Shown here: positions 34,792 to 44,345 of the stretch, one piece after another | Layout: the number at the start of each line of letters is the position of its first letter | Numbering within the stretch: the first letter of the stretch is position 1 | Source of the DNA: Ruminococcus sp. | GTDB lineage: Bacteria > Bacillota > Clostridia > Oscillospirales > Ruminococcaceae | Assembly: GCA_021199305.1 (NCBI GenBank) | Contig: JAJQIH010000037.1 | Location: forward strand, 1 to 64,000 | Direction: 5' to 3' | DNA length: 64,000 nucleotides | Notes under the pieces: generated by a model | What the model was told of the DNA's origin: nothing | Seen by the model: only the letters and a program-made list of their open reading frames with translations | Databases searched by the model: none | Program-made: the position numbers and the translations under genes

Positions 34792-35886
34792 ATGGCTTCA
34801 GTATGGAATCACAATATCAACATTTCAATTTTCGGGGAAAGTCATGGCCCCGCAATAGGCGTTGTTTTGGACAACATTCCAGCAGGCGAGTATATTGACA
34901 CAAACGAGCTAATGCACTTTATGGCAAGGAGAGCGCCGAAAAAGAACAAGACCTCTACACAGCGCAGAGAAAGTGATATGCCACAGATTATGTCGGGACT
35001 TTTTAACGGAAAGACAACCGGCACTCCGCTTTGCGCGCTTATAAGAAATACCGACCAGCATTCAGACGACTATTCAAATTTGTCGAAGATTGCCCGTCCT
35101 GGTCACGCAGACTATACGGGAGCTGTTCGCTATGGCGGCTTTAACGACGCTCGTGGCGGCGGACATTTTTCCGGAAGACTTACAGCACCGCTTGTTTTCG
35201 CAGGCGCTGTTGCAGGACAGATTCTGTCGAGAAGAGGAATACATACAGGAGCGCACATTCTTGAAATTCACGGAACAAAGGATAAATCGTTTAATCCGAT
35301 AAGCACCTCCAGAGAGGAAATTTTAAGCATCAAGGAAAAGGAGTTCCCTGTAATTGACGACAAGCAGGGAGAAAAGATGATTGCCGACATTGAAAAGGCG
35401 AGAAGCTGTCAGGATTCAGTCGGCGGAATTGTCGAGTGTATCGCTATAAACGTTCCTGCTGGAATAGGCTCGCCTATTTTTGAAGGACTTGAAAATTCAA
35501 TTGCAAGCTTAGTGTTTGGAATACCAGCAGTCAAGGGATTGGAATTTGGAGCAGGATTTAACTGCGCTAAAATGCTTGGAAGCGAAAACAACGACGAGTT
35601 TTATGTTGATGACAACGGACACGTTGTAACAAGGACAAATTTCCACGGCGGAATTTTAGGCGGAATTTCATCGGGTATGCCGATAACTCTTAAGGTTGCG
35701 TTCAAGCCGACGCCTTCAATTTCAAAGCCGCAGCAGACTGTTGACTACTCGGCAATGAAGAACGAAACGCTTACTATCAAGGGCAGACACGACCCTTGCG
35801 TTGTGCCTCGCGCAGTGCCTTGCGTTGAAGCTGCGGTAAATATTGCGCTTTTAGGCCATATGCTCGATTACCCGAACTTCAAATAA
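34792..35886 (+). CDS. aroC: Chorismate synthase
   Basis: IFGESHGPAIGVVLD...; start at ATG 34792 (GGAGG upstream). Confidence 0.85.
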   Translation: MASVWNHNINISIFGESHGPAIGVVLDNIPAGEYIDTNELMHFMARRAPKKNKTSTQRRESDMPQIMSGLFNGKTTGTPLCALIRNTDQHSDDYSNLSKIARPGHADYTGAVRYGGFNDARGGGHFSGRLTAPLVFAGAVAGQILSRRGIHTGAHILEIHGTKDKSFNPISTSREEILSIKEKEFPVIDDKQGEKMIADIEKARSCQDSVGGIVECIAINVPAGIGSPIFEGLENSIASLVFGIPAVKGLEFGAGFNCAKMLGSENNDEFYVDDNGHVVTRTNFHGGILGGISSGMPITLKVAFKPTPSISKPQQTVDYSAMKNETLTIKGRHDPCVVPRAVPCVEAAVNIALLGHMLDYPNFK

Positions 35887-35927
35887 AAACAAAACGGCGG
35901 GGAGTTAATTCTTTGAAAGGAGAAAAA

Positions 35928-36491
35928 ATGGATCATAATTTTGAAAAATACGTAACGCCAAATATGCTTAATCTGACCGACAAGTACGCAATAAAGATTT
36001 TGCTGTGCTATTTTCTCAAGCAGATTGACCGCCCGATTACTCAGAATCAGCTTACTGAAATTGTGACAGGCGACGGCATTATAAATTACTTTTTGTATAT
36101 GGAATCTCTTGAGGAGCTTTTACAAAACGGACTTTTGTATTTAAGCGAGGTCGACGGCGTAGAGTATGTAAGAATGAGCGACGCTGCCGAGCAAACGGCT
36201 GACGAGTTCAAGGGAATAGTTCCCAAAAGCTTCAGAGATAAAATTTTAGCGGCTGGACTGAGATTCTTCGCAAGGCTAAAATCAGGTCACGTAAAGTGCG
36301 AGATTGAGGAGGCTAAAAAGGGCGCAAGCGTTCATTTTATCTGTACAGACGGCGGCGAGGAGCTTGTAAACCTGAAGCTTTATGCGCCGGATACTACACA
36401 GGCTGAGTATATGAAGGCGAAGATTATGGAAAATCCGTCCGAGTTTTATTCAAACCTTTTGGATCTGGTGATTGAAAACAAGGAAGAGTAA
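35928..36491 (+). CDS. DUF4364-family protein
   Basis: Characteristic N-terminal region KYAIKILLCYFL...; start at ATG 35928 (GGAG upstream). Confidence 0.5.
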   Translation: MDHNFEKYVTPNMLNLTDKYAIKILLCYFLKQIDRPITQNQLTEIVTGDGIINYFLYMESLEELLQNGLLYLSEVDGVEYVRMSDAAEQTADEFKGIVPKSFRDKILAAGLRFFARLKSGHVKCEIEEAKKGASVHFICTDGGEELVNLKLYAPDTTQAEYMKAKIMENPSEFYSNLLDLVIENKEE

Positions 36492-36547
36492 ACACAATTT
36501 TATCAAATACATAGTATAATATATAGTTACACTGGGAGGAAACAGCA

Positions 36548-37051
36548 ATGCTTAAAGAAATTGATATCAAAACGGTAGATCTGAATCCGTTTAAGAAGAT
36601 AGGCGACGACTGGGCGCTTTTAATGGCAGGAGATAAGACTTCTTATAACTCTATGACAATAAGCTGGGGATATATGGGAGTTATGTGCGGAAAGAACGTG
36701 TTCTTAACGGTTGTTCGCCCGCAAAGATATACAAAGAAGTTTGTGGACGGCAGCGAATACTTTACAGTTTCGTTCTTTGACGATAAGTATAAAAAGACGC
36801 TTGCCTATTTAGGTTCGCACAGCGGCGTAGACGTTGACAAGATGAATGTAGAGGGAATGGAAGCGGAGTTTTCTGACAATAGCGTGTATTACAAGCAGGC
36901 TTCATTGGTACTTGTTTGCAAAAAGCTATTTTCAATGGAGCAGTCGGACGCAAAGTTTTATGACGAAGCTTTAAAGAAAGAAATTTATCCGACGGGAGAT
37001 TTCCACACCTTCTATACTGGCGAAATAGTCAAGGCTTATATAAACGAATAG
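36548..37051 (+). CDS. Flavin reductase-like (FMN-binding split-barrel) protein
   Basis: MTISWGYMGVMCGKNVFLTVVRPQRYT pattern. Confidence 0.6.
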   Translation: MLKEIDIKTVDLNPFKKIGDDWALLMAGDKTSYNSMTISWGYMGVMCGKNVFLTVVRPQRYTKKFVDGSEYFTVSFFDDKYKKTLAYLGSHSGVDVDKMNVEGMEAEFSDNSVYYKQASLVLVCKKLFSMEQSDAKFYDEALKKEIYPTGDFHTFYTGEIVKAYINE

Positions 37052-37168
37052 AAACAGATAATAGATTTTGTATTGTTATCTTGCAAAAGAGAGAACAATG
37101 TGCTAAAATAAAAAGGATGTAGGGCAAAACGCAAAAAGGACAACAAAACGCAAGAAAGGAAATGCCTG

Positions 37169-38938
37169 ATGAGTGAAAAGTTTAAAGATAGCGGCGAAAT
37201 TGATGAGATAATCGCCGAGGTAAACAAGCTCAAGGAAGAAAAGGAGCGTGCGCTTAACGGAAAAAGCGCCGAGTCGGCAGTAAACAGTATTGTAGAGAAA
37301 AATAATCTGTCTGAAGGTGAAAGTGACAAGTCACAAATGGCTGATATGATAGCTTCTTCGTTAAATGACAAGCACAGCGATACTGCAAGCGAGTCGGAAG
37401 AAAAGAAAAAGCCTGAAGAGAAAAAGGAAGAGCCTGAAGCTGAAGAGGACAAAGCACCAAAGAAGCAAAAGAAAAAGAAGAAAAAGAAAAAAACAGCAGT
37501 GCTCTTTGTTTTAGGACTTCTTATAATACTTCTCGGCGGAGCGTACATAATCGGACTTATGATGACAAATGATAAGTTCCTGCCGAATACATACATAAAC
37601 GGAGTAAATGTTTCGGGAATGACTGCTGAACAGGCGGTTGAAACGATTGAGGAGCTTGGAAATCAGCTTGATAAAATTGTATTTCTGAAAAATGACGGAA
37701 GCTCTGTAACTATTCCTTACGAGCGCTTTGGATATGAGTTCAATACCGAAGAGGTAGTTGATGAAGCAATTTCCGGAACAAACGAGTATCTGTATTTTCT
37801 GCATTTCTTTAAGACGACAGAAATAACTGACGAGATAGTTGGTTCTTATGATGAAAGCGAGCTTGAGGAAGAAATCAACAACGCAAGCTTTGGTACAAAG
37901 GAGCCGACAAACGCTAAAATTGTTCAGGGCGACGACGGAAAGTTTACCATTTCCGCTGAGAAGGAGGGTACTGTTGTTGAAACTGATAAGGTTTTAGCGG
38001 CAGCAATCGAAGCAATTGACGCAGGCGTTGAGGAGGTTGACCTTGAAGCTGAGGGCTGTTACAAGCAGCCTGAAATTACAAGCGAGGACTTAGAGGATAA
38101 GCTTGAAGAACTCAACAAGATTTTCGACGTAGTAATCGAGCTTGATTTTGACTACACAACTGAAAAAATCTCTTATGATACGATTGAGGACGCCTTTACC
38201 TTTGAAGAGGACGGAACATACACAATCGACCAGGAGGTAGTCTGGGAATGGGTTGAAACGCTAAGAGATAAGTACGATACCCTCCACAAGACCAGAAAGT
38301 TCACAGCGACCCTTCAAGGCGAAATTACTATCGATTCGCAGGAGGACTATTACGGAAAAAAGGACGCTATTTTCGGCTATATGCTGGATTCCGATGAAAC
38401 AGCGGCAGCTATAGTTGAAGCATTTATGGCTGGAGAAAGCACAACAATAGAGCCTGTTTATTACCACAACGGCGGCTACTATTACGACACAATGGGTCAG
38501 GTTGAGCATGACGAAAGCGACGAAGCAGACGTAATTACTGACATTTCAAGAATAGACTCGTATATCGAGGTCGACCTTACAAATCAGGAGCTTTGGTATT
38601 ACGAGGACGGCGAGCTGGTATTTGAATGCGGCGTTGTATCAGGACTTCCAACTGCTGAGAGAATGACATATCCTGGAATTTATCAGCTTTGGTATAAAGA
38701 AACCGATAAGACGATGACTGGCGAAACGACAGAGGGCGAGTATGAATCCACCTGTAGCTTCTGGAATTATATTTCTGTACGAAGCATTGGTATTCACGAT
38801 GCAGTATGGCAATCGTCCTTTGGCGGCGACAGATATACCTGGGCTGGTTCGCACGGCTGCGTTGGAGTTTCTTACGATTCCGCAAAGTTCATTTACGAGA
38901 GCGTGCCACTCGGAACTGTTGTAATAATGTACTACTAA
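37169..38938 (+). CDS. Membrane-anchored L,D-transpeptidase (YkuD catalytic domain) with K/E-rich N-terminal region
   Basis: TM LFVLGLLIILLGGAYIIGLMM; C-terminal HDAVWQ...GSHGCVGVS (SHGC active-site motif). Confidence 0.7.
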   Translation: MSEKFKDSGEIDEIIAEVNKLKEEKERALNGKSAESAVNSIVEKNNLSEGESDKSQMADMIASSLNDKHSDTASESEEKKKPEEKKEEPEAEEDKAPKKQKKKKKKKKTAVLFVLGLLIILLGGAYIIGLMMTNDKFLPNTYINGVNVSGMTAEQAVETIEELGNQLDKIVFLKNDGSSVTIPYERFGYEFNTEEVVDEAISGTNEYLYFLHFFKTTEITDEIVGSYDESELEEEINNASFGTKEPTNAKIVQGDDGKFTISAEKEGTVVETDKVLAAAIEAIDAGVEEVDLEAEGCYKQPEITSEDLEDKLEELNKIFDVVIELDFDYTTEKISYDTIEDAFTFEEDGTYTIDQEVVWEWVETLRDKYDTLHKTRKFTATLQGEITIDSQEDYYGKKDAIFGYMLDSDETAAAIVEAFMAGESTTIEPVYYHNGGYYYDTMGQVEHDESDEADVITDISRIDSYIEVDLTNQELWYYEDGELVFECGVVSGLPTAERMTYPGIYQLWYKETDKTMTGETTEGEYESTCSFWNYISVRSIGIHDAVWQSSFGGDRYTWAGSHGCVGVSYDSAKFIYESVPLGTVVIMYY

Positions 38939-38941
38939 AGA

Positions 38942-38963
38942 CCAGATAACATAGAGGCTAGAA
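38942..38963. repeat. 22-bp element CCAGATAACATAGAGGCTAGAA, inverted partner at 42912..42933
   Basis: 21 of 22 positions match in inverted orientation; lies between a stop codon and a terminator. Confidence 0.6.
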
Positions 38964-38971
38964 GCCAGATA

Positions 38972-39008
38972 AACCCCGTAAAGGTTATACTTTACGGGGT
39001 GTTTTTGC
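38972..39008. terminator. Bidirectional terminator hairpin
   Basis: ccccgtaaag...ctttacgggg followed by TGTTTTTGC. Confidence 0.65.
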
Positions 39009-39015
39009 TTTCGTC

Positions 39016-39606
39016 CTAATTTCTGTACATTATTGGCTGCGACTGAATGCCGTTCATAGCGTCTATTATCGCCTGCGGAATAAGCTCAAACCTCGCAACG
39101 ACTGACTTCGGCTTATTTATATAATCGTCCTGAGTGTATGGCACAAAGTAGTAATTTTTGTAGTTCTGAAGCATTCCTATATTCTTAGCGGCGGCGCCAA
39201 GAGCGTCGTTTGTTGAAACTGCAATAAGCACAGGCTTGCTGTTGCGGATGTGAGATTTTACAGCCATAGTAACTGGCGTATCTGTAATTCCAACGCTCAG
39301 TTTCGCTAAAGTATTTGCGGTGCAGGGCGCTACTACAAGAATATCGAACAGGTTTTTCGGTCCTATCGGCTCTGCATCCTCGATAGTTTTTATCACCTTT
39401 CTGTTTGTTATATTTTCAAGATAGGCTATGTGGTCACTCGCCTTGCCGAAGCGTGTGTCAAGGCTTGAAGCATTAAAGGACATTATCGGCACCACCCACG
39501 CTTTGGTTGAAACAAGTTGCGAGAGCGTTTCAAACGACTTTTTGAATGTGCAAAACGAACCCGTTATACAATAGCCTATTCTGAGTCCTTCAAGAGTTCC
39601 AATCAT
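39016..39606 (-). CDS. dpaB: Dipicolinate synthase subunit B (flavoprotein family)
   Basis: LRIGYCITGSFCTF...; adjacent to dpaA. Confidence 0.75.
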   Translation of the reverse strand: MIGTLEGLRIGYCITGSFCTFKKSFETLSQLVSTKAWVVPIMSFNASSLDTRFGKASDHIAYLENITNRKVIKTIEDAEPIGPKNLFDILVVAPCTANTLAKLSVGITDTPVTMAVKSHIRNSKPVLIAVSTNDALGAAAKNIGMLQNYKNYYFVPYTQDDYINKPKSVVARFELIPQAIIDAMNGIQSQPIMYRN

Positions 39607-39607
39607 T

Positions 39608-40477
39608 TTATACTCCTCCCTTTGTCAAATCCGAAATGATTGTCTTTCCTATAATTTCTCCGCTAGTGACGGGAGCTACTCGCCCCGGAAGCGATAGCGC
39701 CCATATCACATTAAGTCCCCGAAGCTTAGCGTATTCGAGGTCAACGCCGCCAGGCTTTGAAGCAAGATCGATAATAAGAGCTTCTCGCTTAACCTTTTTA
39801 AGCCGCTCTTTTGTCAGGACTTCACAGGGAACCGTGTTTATAATAATATCGCAGTCAAAAAGCCTGTCGTCGTAAAAATCAAAAGTGTTTAAGTCTTTGC
39901 TACGGGCGATTTTTCGCTTTTCTTCCTTTCGGTCGAAAACAAAAACCTCTGCGCCGACGTTTTTAAAAAGCGATGCTGTAGTAGCGCCGACACGTCCGTA
40001 GCCTAATACAGCAGCTTTTGCGCCGTACAGAACAAACGGCGTTTCCTCAAGAGCTATCATCAGCGCGCCTTCTGCTGTCGGAAGGGTATTATCCACTATA
40101 AACCGTTCGTCCAGAAGGTAATCAAACGGGCGAAATCCTTGATAAGAAAGTGTGTCTTTAAGCTTGTCGCTTAGCTTTCCGCCGTAAACCTTTGCACCTT
40201 TGTTCAAGTGCTTTAAAACCTCGTCAATGTACAAGTTCTTATCATAAAACGGCGTATTAACAGTAGCTTCGTCGTTGGTTGCTACGGGCGGAAGGATAAG
40301 CACGTCTATTTTTTCGTCAAGGCCATCAAGCGTATCAAGTGGTATTATCCTGTCAAAGCTAAGAGCCAGGTTAAATCCGATAGTATAAATCTTGTCGAAA
40401 GCTTTTAGCAAGAACCTTGCCAGGTAAGTCTGGCGACAGTCGCCGCCAGCAATCAAAACATTTTTATTTGAATTCAT
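39608..40477 (-). CDS. dpaA: Dipicolinate synthase subunit A
   Basis: NVLIAGGDCRQ Rossmann motif; start at MNSNKN (GGAGG upstream). Confidence 0.75.
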   Translation of the reverse strand: MNSNKNVLIAGGDCRQTYLARFLLKAFDKIYTIGFNLALSFDRIIPLDTLDGLDEKIDVLILPPVATNDEATVNTPFYDKNLYIDEVLKHLNKGAKVYGGKLSDKLKDTLSYQGFRPFDYLLDERFIVDNTLPTAEGALMIALEETPFVLYGAKAAVLGYGRVGATTASLFKNVGAEVFVFDRKEEKRKIARSKDLNTFDFYDDRLFDCDIIINTVPCEVLTKERLKKVKREALIIDLASKPGGVDLEYAKLRGLNVIWALSLPGRVAPVTSGEIIGKTIISDLTKGGV

Positions 40478-40643
40478 AAATTTTCCTCCCTGCCGCTGAA
40501 ACTGTTTTAATATATCACATAGTATGCGAAAAAACTTGCAGGGGTGACCACCCCGCACTTGTAAAAGCAAGCGAAATGTGGTAATATAAATGTAGTGGGG
40601 TATTATTTGAAAATTCGTCCTCGTGGTTTAAGGAGAACGGCTG

Positions 40644-41546
40644 ATGAAGAAGGTTACGCTTGAAGCTATAAATCAACAGATTAAAAACAATCCGAAGGAG
40701 TTTGTTGACGCTTGCGAAAAGGAATATAACGACCAAATAGCTAAGCTTGCAAATCTTGTGATGAGCGAGCAGGGTCAAAGACCTGTTATACTGCTTTCGG
40801 GTCCGTCAGGGTCTGGAAAAACTACTACTGCGCTGAAGCTTGAAGCAATTCTTGATAACGTCGGACTTGAAACGCACACCATTTCAATGGACAATTATTT
40901 CACGCCTCTTAAAATCGAGGAAGGCTCTGACCTTGAATCGCCCGAGCGAATGGACATTGAGCTTTTACAAAGTCACATTGTGAAAATTGCAAACTGCGAG
41001 CAGGTAGAAATTCCATTGTTCAGCTTTAAAACGCAGTCAGTAAACGGCTACAGACCTTTGAAGAGAAAGAAAAACGAGCTTATTATCTTAGAGGGTATTC
41101 ACGCTCTGAATCCTGACGTTACAGGCTATAACGACAATTTTACTCAGCGTGTTTTTGTCGGAATTGACAGCGTTCTTGAAGCAAAAAGCGGCGTTACGCT
41201 TGAGTCGTCAAAGCTAAGGCTTATAAGACGACTTGTCAGGGATTTGAACTACAGAGGAAGAAGCTTTGACGAAACGCTTAAAAGCTTTGAGCGAGTTAAA
41301 AACGGAACGAAGAATTATGTAATGCCATATCAATGTCGGGCAAGCTTTTGCGTCAATTCATTTTTGGATTACGAGCTGTGCGCCTTTAAGGATATAGTTT
41401 TAAACGGCTTTGAAAGCAGCCATACAGAAACAGACCGCTTTGGAATTTGCGAGGCTTTACAGCAGGCTGAGGGTATGAGCGATGAGATAGTGCCTGCTGA
41501 TTCGCTTATTCGGGAATTTATCGGCGGAAGTATTTACAGCTATTAA
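40644..41546 (+). CDS. P-loop uridine/nucleoside kinase-family protein
   Basis: ILLSGPSGSGKTTTAL; ILEGIHALNPDV. Confidence 0.55.
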   Translation: MKKVTLEAINQQIKNNPKEFVDACEKEYNDQIAKLANLVMSEQGQRPVILLSGPSGSGKTTTALKLEAILDNVGLETHTISMDNYFTPLKIEEGSDLESPERMDIELLQSHIVKIANCEQVEIPLFSFKTQSVNGYRPLKRKKNELIILEGIHALNPDVTGYNDNFTQRVFVGIDSVLEAKSGVTLESSKLRLIRRLVRDLNYRGRSFDETLKSFERVKNGTKNYVMPYQCRASFCVNSFLDYELCAFKDIVLNGFESSHTETDRFGICEALQQAEGMSDEIVPADSLIREFIGGSIYSY

Positions 41547-41559
41547 GGGAGAGAGTTTT

Positions 41560-42219
41560 ATGTCAATAGAAATCAGCGCTTCAATTTTAGGGTGCGACCT
41601 TTCAAATATTGCTGGGGAAATTATGCGTGCTGAGCTAAGCGGCGCAGATTATATACATTTTGACGTAATGGACGGAGTTTTCGTAAACAATATAAGCTTC
41701 GGACTTCCAGTTTTACAAAGCGCAAAAATGAAGTCCGGACTGCCTTTTGACGTTCATATGATGATAACAAAGCCTGAAAAATATATTACTCGATTTGCCG
41801 AAGCGGGAGCTGACAGCATCACCTTCCATTTGGAAGCTACAGACAATGTTTCTGAGTGTATATCCCTTTGCAGAAAAAGTGCAGTTGGAGCTGGAATTTC
41901 TATAAAGCCGACAACGCCCGCAGAGGAGGTTTTTCCGTATCTTGAGGTTGTTGACAAGGTGCTTGTTATGACGGTTGAACCAGGCTTTGGCGGACAGGGT
42001 TTTATCGAAGGAACGCTTGACAAGATAAAGAAAATCAGTCAAAAAATAAAAGAGCTTAAAACAGATACGGTAGTTCAGGTTGACGGCGGAATAAACGAAA
42101 AAACCGCACCGCTTGCAGTTTTGAGCGGTGCGACGGATCTGGTTGCTGGAACCTATTTGTTTAAAGCGACCGATATGCCGCTTGCAATAAAGCGACTGAA
42201 GGAATTAAACCACGCTTAG
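41560..42219 (+). CDS. rpe: Ribulose-phosphate 3-epimerase
   Basis: ASILGCDLSNIAGEI...HFDVMDGVFVNNISFG...DVHMMI. Confidence 0.85.
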   Translation: MSIEISASILGCDLSNIAGEIMRAELSGADYIHFDVMDGVFVNNISFGLPVLQSAKMKSGLPFDVHMMITKPEKYITRFAEAGADSITFHLEATDNVSECISLCRKSAVGAGISIKPTTPAEEVFPYLEVVDKVLVMTVEPGFGGQGFIEGTLDKIKKISQKIKELKTDTVVQVDGGINEKTAPLAVLSGATDLVAGTYLFKATDMPLAIKRLKELNHA

Positions 42220-42759
42220 AATTTTTTCAACAGCGTTTTCGCCGCACAAAAGCTTGTAATGTTCGGCAGTAAAAAGTATGTCGCTTGTTTGTGAAGAAGC
42301 GTGATAGATTGAAATAAGTCGGCTCAATGCCTTGCATTGCTCGTCGGCTTTTTTTATTTTTAAAACCAGCCGATAATCTGAAAGGTAATAAAGGCTGGAG
42401 AAAGCTTCAATTTTAGCTTTCTTTAAAGCCTTCGCCAAAGCGCAAAGCTTTTTGAAATTCAAAGAAAATACTATCTCCTGCCCTGGATTTAACTTTTCGA
42501 CGTCGCTTTTTGAAAAGGCTTCGTTTGAGCAGATATAAACCACACAGCCGCCGTTTGTATCCTCAAAGATTTCAACAAAAAGCTTGCTTCTGGTTATTTT
42601 TGCATTCATTGATTTTTCTATAATGTCAATAAGGCTTGAAATGAATACGCCCGTGTAGCTTTGCTTGTCGCTTACATCAAATTCAGGATCCATTCTCTTT
42701 ACATCCTGCCTTGTAAGCGTCACCTTGAAGGTATATCGTGAAAGCTGTGAAATTCTCAA
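42205..42759 (-). CDS. Hypothetical protein
   Basis: ORF only; preceded by an unusually long gene-free region. Confidence 0.4.
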   Translation of the reverse strand: MRISQLSRYTFKVTLTRQDVKRMDPEFDVSDKQSYTGVFISSLIDIIEKSMNAKITRSKLFVEIFEDTNGGCVVYICSNEAFSKSDVEKLNPGQEIVFSLNFKKLCALAKALKKAKIEAFSSLYYLSDYRLVLKIKKADEQCKALSRLISIYHASSQTSDILFTAEHYKLLCGENAVEKILSVV

Positions 42760-42911
42760 ATTTACTCACCTCGTAATTCAATAATGGGCTTGGCAACGTC
42801 AATCAACATTTCAGTGGCGGATTGTACCGCCACTGAAAAAGACGGCTAGTCGCTTAGTCGCCAGACACTAGATTTTTGATTTACACTTTATGCGGCAAAC
42901 ACTTTCTAGCT

Positions 42912-42933
42912 TTCTAGCTTCTATGTTATCTGG
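42912..42933. repeat. Inverted partner of the 38942 element (rc CCAGATAACATAGAAGCTAGAA)
   Basis: Seen directly. Confidence 0.6.
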
Positions 42934-42974
42934 CCTTCTGACAAGTGGAACCCGCCGCCCAGCGTTATGCGTGC

Positions 42975-43073
42975 TGTTTATTTCTACAAGTTTTGGCATT
43001 CTCTTTTCCACTTTGTGTAGGGAGAACGGGCAACGAAAGTTGCCAAGCGTTAAACGAAGTTTAATGCGTGAAA
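42975..43073. repeat. Copy B of the dispersed intergenic repeat family (partner at 5165..5215)
   Basis: Shares the ...ttttggca...aagcgttaaacgaagtttaatgcgtg core with copy A, with two insertions. Confidence 0.5.
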
Positions 43074-43132
43074 GCTTGATGCATAAGGCGGGAACATCTT
43101 GCTTTCAGTTATATTATGAAAACGGAAAAAAT

Positions 43133-43172
43133 AAGGTGCGAATTTAAGTCCGCACCTTATTCCTGCTTTTTT
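43133..43172. terminator. Bidirectional terminator hairpin
   Basis: aaggtgcgaatttaagtccgcacctt flanked by A/T runs on both sides. Confidence 0.6.
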
Positions 43173-43178
43173 GTATTT

Positions 43179-44222
43179 CTACCGCCCTGAGCGTTTTCTT
43201 TTGATATAGAAAATAAGCGCAATAAACAAAGCAACACCAAATGCGGCGACAAAGATGCACATATAAATTACGCTTGTAAGCTCGCTCTTTCTGACGTTTT
43301 CAAGCTGAGTGCTGGCCTGTCTGGCACTTTCAGTTTCAGCTTCTGTTGTTTCCTCTGAGACCCGAAAGCTATGACTGTTTACAACGTCAAGAAGTGCTTC
43401 GTAAATCTTTTTGTGACCCTTAGCGCTCGGATGAATGTCGCCGTCAAGCATATTTGTCAGAACGTCCGTCTGTCCTTTGAAAAGCCTGTAAATATCTACC
43501 GCTTTTGCAAATGCCGAGCTGCTGTTTAGCTCTTTGACGCAGCTTTTTATAGCGTCGTTTAAATCGCAGATTTTGTTGTCAAAGAGCGTTTTTATCGTTT
43601 CGGGAATCGGCAAGCATTCAAGTGGGTTGTAGACCGTCTGACAGATTATATATGCGTTTTCGTTTTGCTCGTGAATGGCCGACAGGATAGAGATAAGATT
43701 ATCGCTGAACTCAAGAATGTTCTGGTCTATGTGATTTAAGCATTCGCTTAGCTTTGCGATAAGCTCAGGATTTGTAAAATCGGCGTTTATAAAGCCGCCG
43801 TCCGTGCCGATAAGCTCAAGTCCGACGCTTTCCTTTAAAAAGTCGATAAAATCGCCGAGCAGGTCGTTGCCGCCGATAGTAAGGCAGATAAGATCTGATG
43901 ATAAATGCTCGTCGTATTCGCCGTCCTGAAGGGATGTCAGAAGCTCACTTGATGTTATTCCGTCAGCGGCAAGGTTCTGGTAAGTGTTTCCTTGCGTTAA
44001 GTGAAGCGAGCTTGCCAGGAGATTTGCGTAGCTGTCGGTGTTGTAGTTGTTGCCTGAGCTATAGGCGTAAAGCTTGTAGCCTGTTGAAATTGAATCGCCA
44101 AGCACCAGCATACTTTTCGGTGGAGTTATAATCTCGCTCTCGTCGTCAGCAAAGGAAAAACTGTTTATACAAAAACAAATAAGCGTACAGACCACAAAAA
44201 CCACACCGAATAATTTTTTCAT
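43179..44222 (-). CDS. Secreted SGNH/GDSL-family hydrolase with C-terminal membrane anchor
   Basis: Signal peptide; LVLGDSISTGY GDSL block; C-terminal TM VIYMCIFVAAFGVALFIALIFYI; start at MKKLFGV (AGAGGGA upstream). Confidence 0.65.
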   Translation of the reverse strand: MKKLFGVVFVVCTLICFCINSFSFADDESEIITPPKSMLVLGDSISTGYKLYAYSSGNNYNTDSYANLLASSLHLTQGNTYQNLAADGITSSELLTSLQDGEYDEHLSSDLICLTIGGNDLLGDFIDFLKESVGLELIGTDGGFINADFTNPELIAKLSECLNHIDQNILEFSDNLISILSAIHEQNENAYIICQTVYNPLECLPIPETIKTLFDNKICDLNDAIKSCVKELNSSSAFAKAVDIYRLFKGQTDVLTNMLDGDIHPSAKGHKKIYEALLDVVNSHSFRVSEETTEAETESARQASTQLENVRKSELTSVIYMCIFVAAFGVALFIALIFYIKRKRSGR

Positions 44223-44345
44223 AGAAATCCCTCTTTTAAAGTACAAGTTTGTTTCTTTTGTATTGATATTTTTCCCGAAGTATATTATTATATAATTTAG
44301 GAAATTTATCCACAAAGGTAAATGACAATAGAAACGGAGAAGTTT

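Noticed and set aside
37036-37596. 186-aa minus-strand ORF with poly-F run, overlapping the start of the L,D-transpeptidase gene
   Set aside because: It is the antisense of a K/E-rich (AAG/GAA-rich) coding segment, which reads as poly-F/S. It has no independent signals.
42940-42960. T-box antiterminator-like motif (gtggaacccgccg)
   Set aside because: Imperfect match to AGGGTGGNACCGCG. No specifier or terminator architecture. No downstream plus-strand aminoacyl-tRNA synthetase or amino-acid gene.
42890-43147. 85-aa ORF in the long intergenic region
   Set aside because: No RBS. It overlaps repeat elements and hairpins. There is no protein-like composition.
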